From: a virus
DNA length: 64,000 bases
Direction: 5' to 3' (one strand)
IMG/VR virus record: IMGVR_UViG_3300025626_000004
Made by a program: the position numbers and the translations under genes. Positions within the stretch are counted from its first letter, which is position 1, and every line of letters starts with the position of its first letter. The notes beneath the pieces are model-generated. The model ran no database searches and had not been told where the DNA came from. It saw only the letters and a list, made by a program, of their open reading frames with translations. Shown here one piece after another: positions 10,146-20,678 of the stretch.

Positions 10146-10898
10146 ATGGCTTCTCCTAATAGTAGAGACACATTGATCGAATACTGTAAGCGAAAGCTAG
10201 GTGATCCGGTTATAGAAATTAACGTAGACGAAGATCAACTGGAAGACAGAGTTGATGAGGCTATCCAGCTTTATCAAGAATATCATTCAGATGCTACAGT
10301 TAAAACATATTTTAAACACTTAGTTACTGCTGACGATGTGACTAATGAATATATTCCCATTAGTTCTAATATTATATATATCGCTAGACTTTTTCCTATT
10401 CACACGTCATCAGCATCAAGAAACTTCTTTGACGTCAAATATCAATTAATGCTTAATGACATGTGGGATCTTAATTCGGTTGTTGGTGGAATTGCATATT
10501 ACGAGCAAACTCAACAATATCTATCAATGCTCGATATGAAGCTTAACGGAACGCCTCAAGTCACGTTTGCTCGGAGACAAAACAGGTTGTATGTTCACGG
10601 TGATTTCCAAGATAAAGATATTAAAGCCGGAGATTATATCGTAGCTGAGGTTTATCAGACCATAGATCCTCAAACACATACTTCAATATACAATGATATG
10701 TTTATTAAAGATTATACGACTGCGCTAATTAAACAACAATGGGGAGCAAACCTTATTAAGTTTGAAGGTATGCAACTCCCAGGCGGAGTATCACTTAACG
10801 GCCGTCAAATATACGAAGATGCTACAGGTGATATTGAACAGCTTAAAGAGCGTTTAAGATTAGAGCAAGAACTTCCACCATCATTTTATGTAGGTTAA
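10146..10898 (+). CDS. gp13: neck protein gp13
   Basis: KLGDPVIEINVDEDQLEDR, KQQWGANLIKFEGMQLPGGV; synteny. Confidence 0.92.
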   Translation: MASPNSRDTLIEYCKRKLGDPVIEINVDEDQLEDRVDEAIQLYQEYHSDATVKTYFKHLVTADDVTNEYIPISSNIIYIARLFPIHTSSASRNFFDVKYQLMLNDMWDLNSVVGGIAYYEQTQQYLSMLDMKLNGTPQVTFARRQNRLYVHGDFQDKDIKAGDYIVAEVYQTIDPQTHTSIYNDMFIKDYTTALIKQQWGANLIKFEGMQLPGGVSLNGRQIYEDATGDIEQLKERLRLEQELPPSFYVG

Positions 10899-10901
10899 AC
10901 C

Positions 10902-11780
10902 ATGGCCAGAAATTTATATTTCTCTGACGCGGTTAAATCCGAGCAGAGACTATACGAAGATATTATTATTGAATCTCTGAAAATGTATGGGCAAGACCTA
11001 TACTATTTGCCTCGGACTATTGTTAACGAGAATAAAATTTTTGGTGAAGATGTTCCTTCAAAATTCAATAATAGTTATAAAATAGAAATGTACATCGACA
11101 ACAGCGATGGGTTCGAAGGAGAAGGCGATCTATTCAGTAAGTTTGGTGTCGAGATTAGAGACGAAGCTACATTTACTGTTGCAAAGAAACGATGGAACCA
11201 CACTGTCGGACGCAATAATAATGAGATAACAGGTGAGCGTCCACGTGAGGGTGATTTGATTTATCTCCCTATGACCAATTCAATGTTTGAAATCACACAT
11301 GTTGAACATGAATCACCATTTTATCAATTAGCAAATTTACCTACTTTTAAAATGAGATGTTCACTGTTTGAATATAGTGATGAAGATCTTGATACTGGTT
11401 TGAATACAATAGATGGTATTGAGCAAAATCACGCATATGAATTTGATCTTACTCTATCAGGAGTCACCGGTGATTTTGAGGTTGGTGAGAGAGTACGACA
11501 GACGACTGCTAGCGGAGTTATATTATCAGGTGAAGTATCAAGTTGGGTATCAAGCACCAATGCTCTATCAATTATTCACTTTGGTGGAAACGATGGTAAG
11601 TTCCATTTGCCGGTTACAACTCTTACGGTCACCGGAGATGACACTAATGCAGTTGGAACCCTTACATCCTTTGTTGAAGACAATAAGCTATCTGAAAATG
11701 AACAAAATACGACGTTTGATACTGTCGGAGCTGGATTCTTAGACTTCAGTGAAAGCAATCCGTTTGGAGATCCTAGCTAA
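10902..11780 (+). CDS. gp14: neck protein gp14
   Basis: ESLKMYGQDLYYLPR, FSKFGVEIRD, PREGDLIY, ESPFYQL, FSESNPFG. Confidence 0.92.
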   Translation: MARNLYFSDAVKSEQRLYEDIIIESLKMYGQDLYYLPRTIVNENKIFGEDVPSKFNNSYKIEMYIDNSDGFEGEGDLFSKFGVEIRDEATFTVAKKRWNHTVGRNNNEITGERPREGDLIYLPMTNSMFEITHVEHESPFYQLANLPTFKMRCSLFEYSDEDLDTGLNTIDGIEQNHAYEFDLTLSGVTGDFEVGERVRQTTASGVILSGEVSSWVSSTNALSIIHFGGNDGKFHLPVTTLTVTGDDTNAVGTLTSFVEDNKLSENEQNTTFDTVGAGFLDFSESNPFGDPS

Positions 11781-12565
11781 TGTTTGGTACATATTTTTAT
11801 CATCAGCGTACGCGCAAAGCAGTTGCAACATTTGGAGCAATGTTTAACAATCTATACGTTCTAAGAAAAGATGCTGGTGGTGGAGTAATTAGTACTCAAA
11901 AGGTTCCATTATCATATGGACCTAGAGCAAAATTTCTTGAGCGTATTAGGGAAAATGCTGATCTTGAAACCGATACTAAGGTTGCTATTAAGTTACCAAG
12001 AATGTCTTTCGAAATTACTAACGTATCTTATGACCCTTCAAGGCAATTGCCTAAAGTAAATAACTATGCAAAAGCTGTAGCAGGCGGGTCAGTTCTTTCT
12101 AGACAAAAAATTTATGCTGGCAGTCCATATATTATGAGCTTCCAACTTAGCATATATGCAAAAAATCAGGATGACGCACTACAACTAGTTGAGCAAATTA
12201 TTCCGTATTTTAACCCACAATATACATTATCAGTTAAACCGTTTGACGATTTTTCTGATGTTAAAGAAGACGTACCAGTCGTTTTAACTGGCGTAGTCCT
12301 AAATGACGACTATGAAGGACCCATGGAAGGTCGAAGATCAATTATCTACACTTTAGATTTTGATATGCATATAACATTCCATGGACCGACATCAACAAGT
12401 GGAATTATTACTAAGTCTATTACTAATATTTTCAACCAAACCGCAGGCTTACTTGATAGCGATTTACCACTTGAATCAATTACTGTAACCCCAACTCCTA
12501 CTGGCGTCGGGCCAGATAGCGACTTTGGATTCCTTGAAGTGATAGCAGAGATAGATAGTGCATAA
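11780..12565 (+). CDS. gp15: tail sheath stabilizer/completion protein gp15
   Basis: FGAMFNN, KVPLSYGP, LPRMSFE, QLVEQIIPYFNP, YTLDF. Confidence 0.92.
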   Translation: MFGTYFYHQRTRKAVATFGAMFNNLYVLRKDAGGGVISTQKVPLSYGPRAKFLERIRENADLETDTKVAIKLPRMSFEITNVSYDPSRQLPKVNNYAKAVAGGSVLSRQKIYAGSPYIMSFQLSIYAKNQDDALQLVEQIIPYFNPQYTLSVKPFDDFSDVKEDVPVVLTGVVLNDDYEGPMEGRRSIIYTLDFDMHITFHGPTSTSGIITKSITNIFNQTAGLLDSDLPLESITVTPTPTGVGPDSDFGFLEVIAEIDSA

Positions 12566-12918
12566 TGGATAAAAATCAAGCCGATGACGATTTCGAAATG
12601 GTTCGTCAAACATATCATGATCTATTGTCAAAAGGTGGATCTTCATTAGAAGATATGATGGAGGTTGCGAGAGCGACAGAACATCCTAGAGCCTTTGAAG
12701 TATTATCTGGTATGATGAAAAATATGGCAGACATTAGTGGTAATCTTATGGATATGCATAAGAAGAAAAAAGAATTTCATACTAATGATAAAGCACCTGT
12801 AGCAATTGAGGGTGGAACTACTAACAACGTGTTTGTCGGATCAACGACTGAACTGCAACGTATGTTACAAGATGTAAATGATGAGAAAATTATAGATGTA
12901 TCTCCAACCAAAGAATGA
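12565..12918 (+). CDS. gp16: terminase small subunit gp16
   Basis: EHPRAFEV, NNVFVGSTTELQ. Confidence 0.9.
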   Translation: MDKNQADDDFEMVRQTYHDLLSKGGSSLEDMMEVARATEHPRAFEVLSGMMKNMADISGNLMDMHKKKKEFHTNDKAPVAIEGGTTNNVFVGSTTELQRMLQDVNDEKIIDVSPTKE

Positions 12919-14506
12919 AACATATCTTGGCAATGTAAATGTTAAACGAGACGGAGTCGTTCAACAATGGACTAACGAGCAAGTAGCAGAATATGCTAAA
13001 TGCATGAAGAATCCAGCTTATTTTACAACCACATATTGTAAGGTTATATCACTAGACGATGGCTTAGTGCCTTTTAACTTGTATCCTTATCAAGAAAAAA
13101 TGTTTAAGCACTTTAACGAGAATAGATTTAATATCGTTCTTGCATGCAGACAATCTGGAAAGTCAATCAGTTCGGTTGCGTATTTACTTTGGTATGCATT
13201 ATTCCATTCTGAAAAGGTTATTGCTGTTATGGCAAATAAGGGTGCGACCGCACGTGAGATGTTAGGTCGTATTACTCTTATGCTAGAAAATCTACCTTTC
13301 TTCTTACAACCGGGTTGTAAGGCTTTGAATAAAGGTTCAATCGAATTTTCAAATAATTCTCGGATAATTGCTGCAGCGACATCCGGTTCGTCAATTCGTG
13401 GTATGTCAGTCTCACTGCTATATCTTGACGAGTTTGCATTTGTGGAAAATGATGCTCAGTTTTATACATCAACCTATCCTGTTGTGTCTGCTGGTAAAAA
13501 TACTAAAGTTATTATTACATCAACCGCTAATGGTATTGGTAATGTGTTTCATAAGATATGGGAATCAGCACTACAAGGCGTAAGCGAATTTAAACCTATG
13601 AGGGTTGATTGGTGGGACGTTCCTGGTCGAGATAAGGCTTGGCAAGAACAAACGATTAGTAATACATCCCAACTTCAATTTGATCAAGAGTTTGGTAATA
13701 CATTTTTTGGCACCGGTGATACACTTATTAACGGCGAAACATTACTTAAGCTTAGAGCCGAAAACTATAAGCTGCACCGTGAAGGTGGAGATCTTTTAAT
13801 ATACGAAGAGCCTATTAAAGGTAACGAATATATTATGTTATGTGACGTCAGTAAAGGAAGAGGACAGGACTATTCTACGTTCAATGTGATCGACATTAGC
13901 TTACGCCCATTTAAACAGGTGGCTGTATATCGCAACAATACTATCTCTCCATTACTCTTCCCCGATATTATTTATAAATGGGCAGTTTCCTACAATCAGG
14001 CATATGTAGTTATTGAATCAAATGATCAAGGTACCGTTGTATGTAATGGATTGTACCAAGATCTAGAATATGAAAATATGCATGTAGAATCAGCGGTCAG
14101 GTCTGATGGGCTAGGTGTTGAAATGAATCGTAAAACTAAAAGGCTTGGTTGTTCGGCGTTCAAAGATATACTTGAGAGCAATAAATTACATATTGTAGAC
14201 CAGAATACTATTATGGAAATATCTACATTCACTGCTAAGGGGCAATCCTACGAGGCTTCTTCGGGTAACCATGATGACTTGGTTATGAATCTTGTTATGT
14301 TTGGTTACTTTATTTCTACTCAGTATTTTCAAGATATGACTGATATTAATATCAAAGAAATGATGTTTAAAAGAAAAATGCAAGAAATTGAAAACGATTT
14401 ACCGGGGTTTGGTTATATCGATGATGGATTAGATAATAATATATTAAGGGCCGAGGATGAAGATTCCCCTTGGGCAATCGAATACGAAGCAACTACACAC
14501 TTCTAA
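12896..14506 (+). CDS. gp17: terminase large subunit gp17
   Basis: CRQSGKS Walker A, LYLDEFAF, TSTANG, DYSTF, HDDLVM. Confidence 0.95.
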   Translation: MYLQPKNETYLGNVNVKRDGVVQQWTNEQVAEYAKCMKNPAYFTTTYCKVISLDDGLVPFNLYPYQEKMFKHFNENRFNIVLACRQSGKSISSVAYLLWYALFHSEKVIAVMANKGATAREMLGRITLMLENLPFFLQPGCKALNKGSIEFSNNSRIIAAATSGSSIRGMSVSLLYLDEFAFVENDAQFYTSTYPVVSAGKNTKVIITSTANGIGNVFHKIWESALQGVSEFKPMRVDWWDVPGRDKAWQEQTISNTSQLQFDQEFGNTFFGTGDTLINGETLLKLRAENYKLHREGGDLLIYEEPIKGNEYIMLCDVSKGRGQDYSTFNVIDISLRPFKQVAVYRNNTISPLLFPDIIYKWAVSYNQAYVVIESNDQGTVVCNGLYQDLEYENMHVESAVRSDGLGVEMNRKTKRLGCSAFKDILESNKLHIVDQNTIMEISTFTAKGQSYEASSGNHDDLVMNLVMFGYFISTQYFQDMTDINIKEMMFKRKMQEIENDLPGFGYIDDGLDNNILRAEDEDSPWAIEYEATTHF

Positions 14507-14511
14507 TTTAT

Positions 14512-14519
14512 TATAAATA
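14512..14519 (+). promoter_or_regulatory. late promoter TATAAATA (gp18)
   Basis: Exact consensus in the intergenic region. Confidence 0.85.
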
Positions 14520-14583
14520 GTTGTAAGTGAAAAATCTTCTTATTATGGATCGCATATAATTAAATTTTCGAGAGGAACGAAAA

Positions 14584-16323
14584 ATGGCATTTTCAGAATC
14601 TCCGGCAATTACCGTTAGAGAAGTCGACGCGTCTGGCACAGTGCCTGCAGTATCTTCTTCCACTGGTGGATTTGTTGGTAATTTTAGATGGGGCCCAGTA
14701 AACACTCCAACACTCATTTCAAATGAGTCTGGTCTGGTTACTACCTTTGGTGCACCATCACAGATAAACTCGGTTGATTTCCATTCAGCCGCATACTTTT
14801 TAAAGTATACAAACGCATTACAAGTTGTACGGGTCCTAGGTGACTCTGACGGATTTAATGCATATAGCGTAGAAGCTGGTGAAGCAGTAACTGGTAAAAA
14901 TGTTCGTATCACGAACCCAGATCAGTTCGACACTGCAAAAACTGGCCTCGACAGCGACAAGCATACATTTATTGCACGTTGGCCTGGATCTTTGGGCAAT
15001 AGCCTTCAAGTATCCGTGTGTCCAAATGCTACAGCACCTACAGTATTTACTGGTTGGACACATCAAGCAAGCTTTGACGCTGCTCCTGGTACATCTAACT
15101 TTGCTGAAGGCTTGAATGCAACTAACGATGAGATGCACGTAGCAGTTATTGACCAAGATGGTCTATTTACTGGCACTCGTGGAACTGTTCTTGAAACATT
15201 TCCATTCTTATCAGTTGCTAAGAACGCAAAAACATCTGACGGTTCAACGAACTTCGTTAAAGACGTAATCAACAGAAGTTCTAGATATATCTGGTGTGCT
15301 GGTTTTGATTCCGACTATACTGTTGCTTTGGCTGGCCAAGATGCTGTTGATTCTCGTGATTTCCAAAAATCTTCTGCTGCACAGATTATCAAAGATTATT
15401 CTTTGACCCAAGGTGACGAATCAGAGAACATGGACGTCGGTGATTATATCACTGGTTACGACAATTTTGAAGACAAAGACAATATCCAAGTTGATATGTT
15501 GATTGCTCCTCAAATGGCTTCGCGTACAGACACCACAACAATAGTTAACGACCTAGTAAGTATTGCACAAGGCACTCGTAAAGACTGTGTTGTTGTTACA
15601 TCACCTGCTCGTTCAGACATTATTGGTTCTGCTACTCCGGTTACTAATACGACTGCAACTGCCGCAACATTCACATCATCTTCATATCTTATAGTTGATA
15701 ACAACTATCTTAAAGTGTATGACAAATACAATGATGAGTTCATCCATATTCCGGCTGCGTCTTCGACTGCTGGTATTATGGCAGCGACTGATGTAAGCGC
15801 AGCTGCATGGTATTCACCAGCTGGTCCACGTCGTGGTCAGTATCTTGGTGTAACAGGTATTGCATACTCTCCTAATAAAGCAGAGCGTGACGTACTATAC
15901 AGAAACAGTGTTAATCCAATTGCTAATATTCCTGGTCAAGGTCTATTACTCTTTGGTGACAAAACTAAATTGGCCCGTCCATCAGCATTTGATCGTATTA
16001 ACGTACGTCGTTTGTTCCTGGTTATTGAGCGAGCGATTGCTTTGGCTGCGCGTAACGTTATGTTCGAATTCAATGATGAATTTACAAGAGCAGAATTTAC
16101 AGGTACAGTCGAACCATTCCTACGCGACATTAAAGGCCGTCGTGGTATTACTGACTTCCGTGTTATTTGTGACGAAACAAACAATACTGGTGCAGTTATA
16201 GATAGAAATGAATTCGTCGCTACTGTCTTAGTCAAACCTGCTCGTTCCATCAACTTTGTTACACTTAACTTTGTTGCTGTACGTACTGGCGTAGACTTCT
16301 CAGAAGTCGCTGGCGCGGTATAA
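14584..16323 (+). CDS. gp18: tail sheath protein gp18
   Basis: SPAITVREVD, FRWGPV, WYSPAG, FDRINVRRLF, FEFND, KPARSINFVTLNF. Confidence 0.96.
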   Translation: MAFSESPAITVREVDASGTVPAVSSSTGGFVGNFRWGPVNTPTLISNESGLVTTFGAPSQINSVDFHSAAYFLKYTNALQVVRVLGDSDGFNAYSVEAGEAVTGKNVRITNPDQFDTAKTGLDSDKHTFIARWPGSLGNSLQVSVCPNATAPTVFTGWTHQASFDAAPGTSNFAEGLNATNDEMHVAVIDQDGLFTGTRGTVLETFPFLSVAKNAKTSDGSTNFVKDVINRSSRYIWCAGFDSDYTVALAGQDAVDSRDFQKSSAAQIIKDYSLTQGDESENMDVGDYITGYDNFEDKDNIQVDMLIAPQMASRTDTTTIVNDLVSIAQGTRKDCVVVTSPARSDIIGSATPVTNTTATAATFTSSSYLIVDNNYLKVYDKYNDEFIHIPAASSTAGIMAATDVSAAAWYSPAGPRRGQYLGVTGIAYSPNKAERDVLYRNSVNPIANIPGQGLLLFGDKTKLARPSAFDRINVRRLFLVIERAIALAARNVMFEFNDEFTRAEFTGTVEPFLRDIKGRRGITDFRVICDETNNTGAVIDRNEFVATVLVKPARSINFVTLNFVAVRTGVDFSEVAGAV

Positions 16324-16336
16324 GGGGAGATAGAAA

Positions 16337-16864
16337 ATGGCTATTTTAGGCGTAGACGATTTTAAAGCAAAACTAGCAGGTGGTGGCGCTCGCCCCAATC
16401 TGTTTAAAGTTACACTTGGTTTTCCAGGTTATGCTGGCGGTGATGTTGAATTAACATCATTCATGTGTAGAACAGGACAGCTTCCGGGTTCAACGGTTCC
16501 GGCCGTACCGGTGGCTTTTAGAGGACGTCAATTGCAAATTGCAGGCGATCGTACCTTTGAACCATGGTCAGTAACAATTATCAATGACACGAACTTCACG
16601 GTTCGTGACTCAATGGAACGTTGGATGAACGGTATTAACGCACACGGCGCTAATACTGGTCTAGTTAACCCAACTGATTATCAAGCAGATCTTAAAGTTG
16701 ATCAACTTGATAAAGACGAAAGTATATTGAAAACATACAACTTCGTTGCTGCTTTCCCAACATTGATCTCACCGATTGAATTGGCATATGATGCCAATGA
16801 TGCGATCGAAGAGTTTAGTGTAGAGTTTGCATATCAGTACTGGACATCTAACACCACTTCTTAA
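16337..16864 (+). CDS. gp19: tail tube protein gp19
   Basis: GGARPNLF, FRGRQLQIAGDRTFEPW, EEFSVEFAYQYW. Confidence 0.95.
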   Translation: MAILGVDDFKAKLAGGGARPNLFKVTLGFPGYAGGDVELTSFMCRTGQLPGSTVPAVPVAFRGRQLQIAGDRTFEPWSVTIINDTNFTVRDSMERWMNGINAHGANTGLVNPTDYQADLKVDQLDKDESILKTYNFVAAFPTLISPIELAYDANDAIEEFSVEFAYQYWTSNTTS

Positions 16865-16870
16865 TGGTGA

Positions 16871-16878
16871 TATAAATA
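16871..16878 (+). promoter_or_regulatory. late promoter TATAAATA (gp20)
   Basis: Exact consensus, followed by hairpin 16881..16909. Confidence 0.8.
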
Positions 16879-16928
16879 TTAGGTTGGCAGTCTTTAAGGT
16901 TGCCAACCTTTTAAAATAGGATGGAATT

Positions 16929-18455
16929 ATGGCTGAAGAACAAGGCTTAAATATATTTGGATTTGAAATCCGTAGGAAGAGACAAAAAGAAGAAGATAAA
17001 AAACTTCCTTCTATTGTTCCTGCTACTGATGACGATGGCGCTGGTTATGTTACCGCGTCTGGTATGCACTATGGCCAATTCATTAATTTAGATGGTGATG
17101 AATCTAAAGATAATGCTCAGCTAATAATGAAATATCGTGGAGTATCAGCACACCCTGAGGTTGATGCTGCAATTGAAGATATTACTAATGAATCTATTTC
17201 AGCGTCAGAAGGTGAATCGGCACTTGAAATTAGACTAGACAAGGTTGAAGTATCTGATCAAATAAAAAAGGGTATTACCGAAGAATTCGAAAACATCGTG
17301 TCGATGCTAAATTTCAATGAAATTGGTCACGATATGTTTAAACGTTGGTATGTAGATGGACGTCTATATCACCACCTTGTTGTTAACGAAGCGAACCTTA
17401 AAGCTGGCATCCAGGAAATTCGTCCTATTGATGCCTCTAAAGTTCGTAAAATTAAACAAGTTAAAAAGAAAAAAGATCCAAAGACTGGTGCATTGATCGT
17501 CGAAAAGACTGATGAGTATTACTTGTATCAAGAAAAACCAGGAAGTACCTCGTCTGGTATTAAACTATCTAACGATTCCGTTAGCTATGTTACATCTGGT
17601 CTATTAGATGCTAGCCGTAAGAAAATTGTGTCACATCTGCATAAAGCTTTGAAGCCAATCAATCAACTTCGTATGATGGAAGACTCACTCGTCATCTATC
17701 GGCTTGCACGAGCGCCTGAGCGTAGAATATTCTATATTGATGTGGGTAACTTGCCTCGTGGTAAGTCCGAACAATATATGAAAGACATCATGGCCCGGTA
17801 TCGTAACAAGTTGGTCTATGACGCTGATACAGGAGCAGTTAAAGATGATCGCAAACATATGTCGATGCTTGAAGATTTTTGGCTGCCACGTCGCGAAGGT
17901 GGTCGTGGTACAGAGATCTCAACTTTACCAGGTGGCGAAAACCTCGGACAAATAGATGACATCGTATATTTTCAAAAGAAATTATATAAGTCTCTTAATG
18001 TTCCTATTGGTAGGCTTGAATCAGAAGGTCAATTTTCTTTAGGTAGAGCAACCGAGATCTCACGAGATGAGTTGAAATTTCAGAAATTCATTGATAGACT
18101 ACGTAAAAGGTTTGCACATCTATTCACTGGTATTCTAAAAACTCAGTTAATTATGAAAGGTCTTATTACTGAAGAAGACTGGGATTCATGGAAAAACGAT
18201 ATCTTTATCGATTATTCGCGTGATAACCATTTCACAGAACTTAAAGATGCTGAGCTATTAAGAGATCGTTTAACAACCCTAGATCAGGCTTCTCAATATG
18301 TTGGTGAATACTTCTCAAAAGAATATATTATGAAAAAGATTCTTATGCTAAGTGATGAGGATATTAAAGATATGGCAAAACAATCAGCCGAAGAACCTGA
18401 TCCAGAGCCAGCAGACAATAAAGAAGAGACTCCAGAAGTTAAGCCTGGAACGTAG
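16929..18455 (+). CDS. gp20: portal vertex protein gp20
   Basis: WYVDGR, NQLRMMEDSLVIYRLARAPERRIFYIDVGNLP, EDFWLPRREGGRGTEI. Confidence 0.97.
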   Translation: MAEEQGLNIFGFEIRRKRQKEEDKKLPSIVPATDDDGAGYVTASGMHYGQFINLDGDESKDNAQLIMKYRGVSAHPEVDAAIEDITNESISASEGESALEIRLDKVEVSDQIKKGITEEFENIVSMLNFNEIGHDMFKRWYVDGRLYHHLVVNEANLKAGIQEIRPIDASKVRKIKQVKKKKDPKTGALIVEKTDEYYLYQEKPGSTSSGIKLSNDSVSYVTSGLLDASRKKIVSHLHKALKPINQLRMMEDSLVIYRLARAPERRIFYIDVGNLPRGKSEQYMKDIMARYRNKLVYDADTGAVKDDRKHMSMLEDFWLPRREGGRGTEISTLPGGENLGQIDDIVYFQKKLYKSLNVPIGRLESEGQFSLGRATEISRDELKFQKFIDRLRKRFAHLFTGILKTQLIMKGLITEEDWDSWKNDIFIDYSRDNHFTELKDAELLRDRLTTLDQASQYVGEYFSKEYIMKKILMLSDEDIKDMAKQSAEEPDPEPADNKEETPEVKPGT

Positions 18456-18461
18456 AAAACG

Positions 18462-18469
18462 TATAAATA
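18462..18469 (+). promoter_or_regulatory. late promoter TATAAATA
   Basis: Exact consensus before the prohead core genes. Confidence 0.8.
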
Positions 18470-18491
18470 ATACCAAATATGAGGAAATATT

Positions 18492-18737
18492 ATGAACCCT
18501 ATTGAAACATTAGTTCAACAATCATTTGATAAAGATTTTAATTCTGCGAATAAAACTTTTACACAGATCATGAATGACCGGATGGACAATGCGCTAGAAC
18601 AAGAACGAATTAAAGTATCTGCTAGTATATACAATGGTGTCGATGCTGAACAGCTTGAGTTAGATCTAGAAGATGATAACACTGAAGAAGTAGTATCTGT
18701 CGAAAATGAAGAACAAGCAGATGAAGACGAAGTATAA
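18492..18737 (+). CDS. prohead core protein (gp67-like, acidic)
   Basis: Position after gp20; acidic C-terminus. Confidence 0.6.
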   Translation: MNPIETLVQQSFDKDFNSANKTFTQIMNDRMDNALEQERIKVSASIYNGVDAEQLELDLEDDNTEEVVSVENEEQADEDEV

Positions 18738-18936
18738 AGAGTTAAAGTATGATTTAAGCGAAGCAGTTAAAAAGCGACGCACAGTTTATAACCGTAGATT
18801 AAATGGTTATAAAGTTGAAATTGTACAAAATTATGATAAGTTTACTGCTTATATTGATGGTGATAAATTAGACGTATATGATACTAAACAGCATGCGCAA
18901 AAAATGCTTATGCAGATGGTAAGAGAATTGGACTAA
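18721..18936 (+). CDS. small protein in gp68 position
   Basis: Synteny between gp67-like and gp21. Confidence 0.5.
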   Translation: MKTKYKELKYDLSEAVKKRRTVYNRRLNGYKVEIVQNYDKFTAYIDGDKLDVYDTKQHAQKMLMQMVRELD

Positions 18937-18942
18937 ATCACT

Positions 18943-19602
18943 ATGAAGTTAATTACAGAATACGTAGAACACGATATCGAAATGATTGTTGAAGCCAAAG
19001 AAGGCGGAGGCAAGAATTACGCTATCGAAGGCGTATTTGCACAAGCAGAATCAAAGAACCGTAATGGACGCATTTATCCAAGAGCAATTATGGAAAATGC
19101 TGTAAACAAATACGTTACGGATCAAGTAAAAACTAAGCGAGCAGTTGGCGAGTTAAACCATCCTGATGGTCCCACTGTAAACTTAGATAAAGTATCCCAC
19201 CTAATTACAGATCTCAGATTTGAGAAAAATAATGTGGTAGGTAAGGCACAAATACTAGATACTCCGATGGGTAAGATTGTTAAAGGTCTACTTGACGGTG
19301 GTGTTCAGCTAGGAGTGTCGACTCGTGGTATGGGTAGCATTGAGCAACGTGGCAACGCCATGTATGTGAAGGAAGACTTTCTTCTTAATACGATTGACAT
19401 CGTACAAGATCCATCAGCACCAAACGCCTTTGTTAATGGGATTATGGAAGGTGTAGACTGGATCTGGAATAACGGTATTCTGGAAGCTCAAGACATTGAA
19501 AGAATGGAGACTGAAATTAAAAAAGCTCCACGCGCTGATCTCTATGAGACTCAGACTCGTGAGTTTAAGAATTTCCTCTCGTTAATGAAAAGTAAAATAT
19601 AA
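18943..19602 (+). CDS. gp21: prohead protease gp21
   Basis: KNRNGRIYP, GELNHP, VSHLI, GVSTRGMGS, DIVQDPSAP. Confidence 0.95.
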   Translation: MKLITEYVEHDIEMIVEAKEGGGKNYAIEGVFAQAESKNRNGRIYPRAIMENAVNKYVTDQVKTKRAVGELNHPDGPTVNLDKVSHLITDLRFEKNNVVGKAQILDTPMGKIVKGLLDGGVQLGVSTRGMGSIEQRGNAMYVKEDFLLNTIDIVQDPSAPNAFVNGIMEGVDWIWNNGILEAQDIERMETEIKKAPRADLYETQTREFKNFLSLMKSKI

Positions 19603-19617
19603 TATAGGAGTCAAGAC

Positions 19618-20658
19618 ATGACTGACCAAATCCAAGATCAGGATGTTGAGCTCGACGAGAATGAAATCGAAGAAGCTCACGATCCAAAAAATGCAGAGGC
19701 ACAATCTATTGCATCTGTACAATCTGCAGAAGACAAGGGACCTAAAGCGAAAGCTCGTAAGGGTGACAAGTCTAATTCAGAAAAAATGCCAAAAACAAAA
19801 GCTGGTATGATTAATGCGGCGTACAACAAAATGGCTGGTATGAAAAAAGAAGACCTTGCCGGTGCGCTAACACAACTTATGGGTGAAGATGTTGACCTAG
19901 ATGACGAAGCACTTGTTGCCGAAGCATCAAACGTTGATTTTTCAGAAGATTTAAATGCATTAGTCGAGTCTGAAGCTACTCTTTCCGAAGAGTTTAAAGC
20001 CAAAACAGCTGTTATTTTCGAAGCCGCAATTAAATCTAAATTGGCCGAAGAAGTAACTCGTTTAGAGGCTAGCTACGAAGAAGAGCTAACGGAAGCAGTA
20101 TCTTCCACTAAAGCCGAACTCGTAGAAAAAGTTGACAGCTATCTTAACTATGTTGTTGAAAACTGGATGAAAGAAAATCAGTTAGCAGTACAAAATGGCC
20201 TGCGCACTGAAATCGCTGAAAAATTCATGAACAGCTTGAAAGATCTGTTTACTGAGTCTTACATCGAAGTTCCAGAATCAAAAGTCGACCTGGTTGACGA
20301 ACTTGCTCAAGAAGTAGAAGAGCTTGAAGAAGCCCTTAATAAATCTACTCAAAAAGCAATAGAAGTTTCTGAGGAATTGGAAGTAATGAAGCGCGCCACT
20401 GTAATTAGTGAAGCGTCTGCTGATCTTGCAACTACTCAAGCTGAGAAACTTGCATCGCTTGTAGAAGATATTGATTTTGTAGATGTGGCTACTTTCACTG
20501 CGAAAGTCCAGACTATTAAAGAATCATACTTCACAAAAACAATTGTTGAGTCTTCAATTGATGAAGAAATTGACGACGCAGATGGAGACTTCGTTGAAGC
20601 ACCATCAGACGTAATGTCTCAATATATTTCCGCTATTAGACAATCGTCTAAAACATAA
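19618..20658 (+). CDS. gp22: prohead core scaffold gp22
   Basis: LSEEFKAKTAVIFEAA, VDSYLNYVVENWM; acidic coiled coil. Confidence 0.92.
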   Translation: MTDQIQDQDVELDENEIEEAHDPKNAEAQSIASVQSAEDKGPKAKARKGDKSNSEKMPKTKAGMINAAYNKMAGMKKEDLAGALTQLMGEDVDLDDEALVAEASNVDFSEDLNALVESEATLSEEFKAKTAVIFEAAIKSKLAEEVTRLEASYEEELTEAVSSTKAELVEKVDSYLNYVVENWMKENQLAVQNGLRTEIAEKFMNSLKDLFTESYIEVPESKVDLVDELAQEVEELEEALNKSTQKAIEVSEELEVMKRATVISEASADLATTQAEKLASLVEDIDFVDVATFTAKVQTIKESYFTKTIVESSIDEEIDDADGDFVEAPSDVMSQYISAIRQSSKT

Positions 20659-20678
20659 ATACCTAGGAGTTCCTAAAA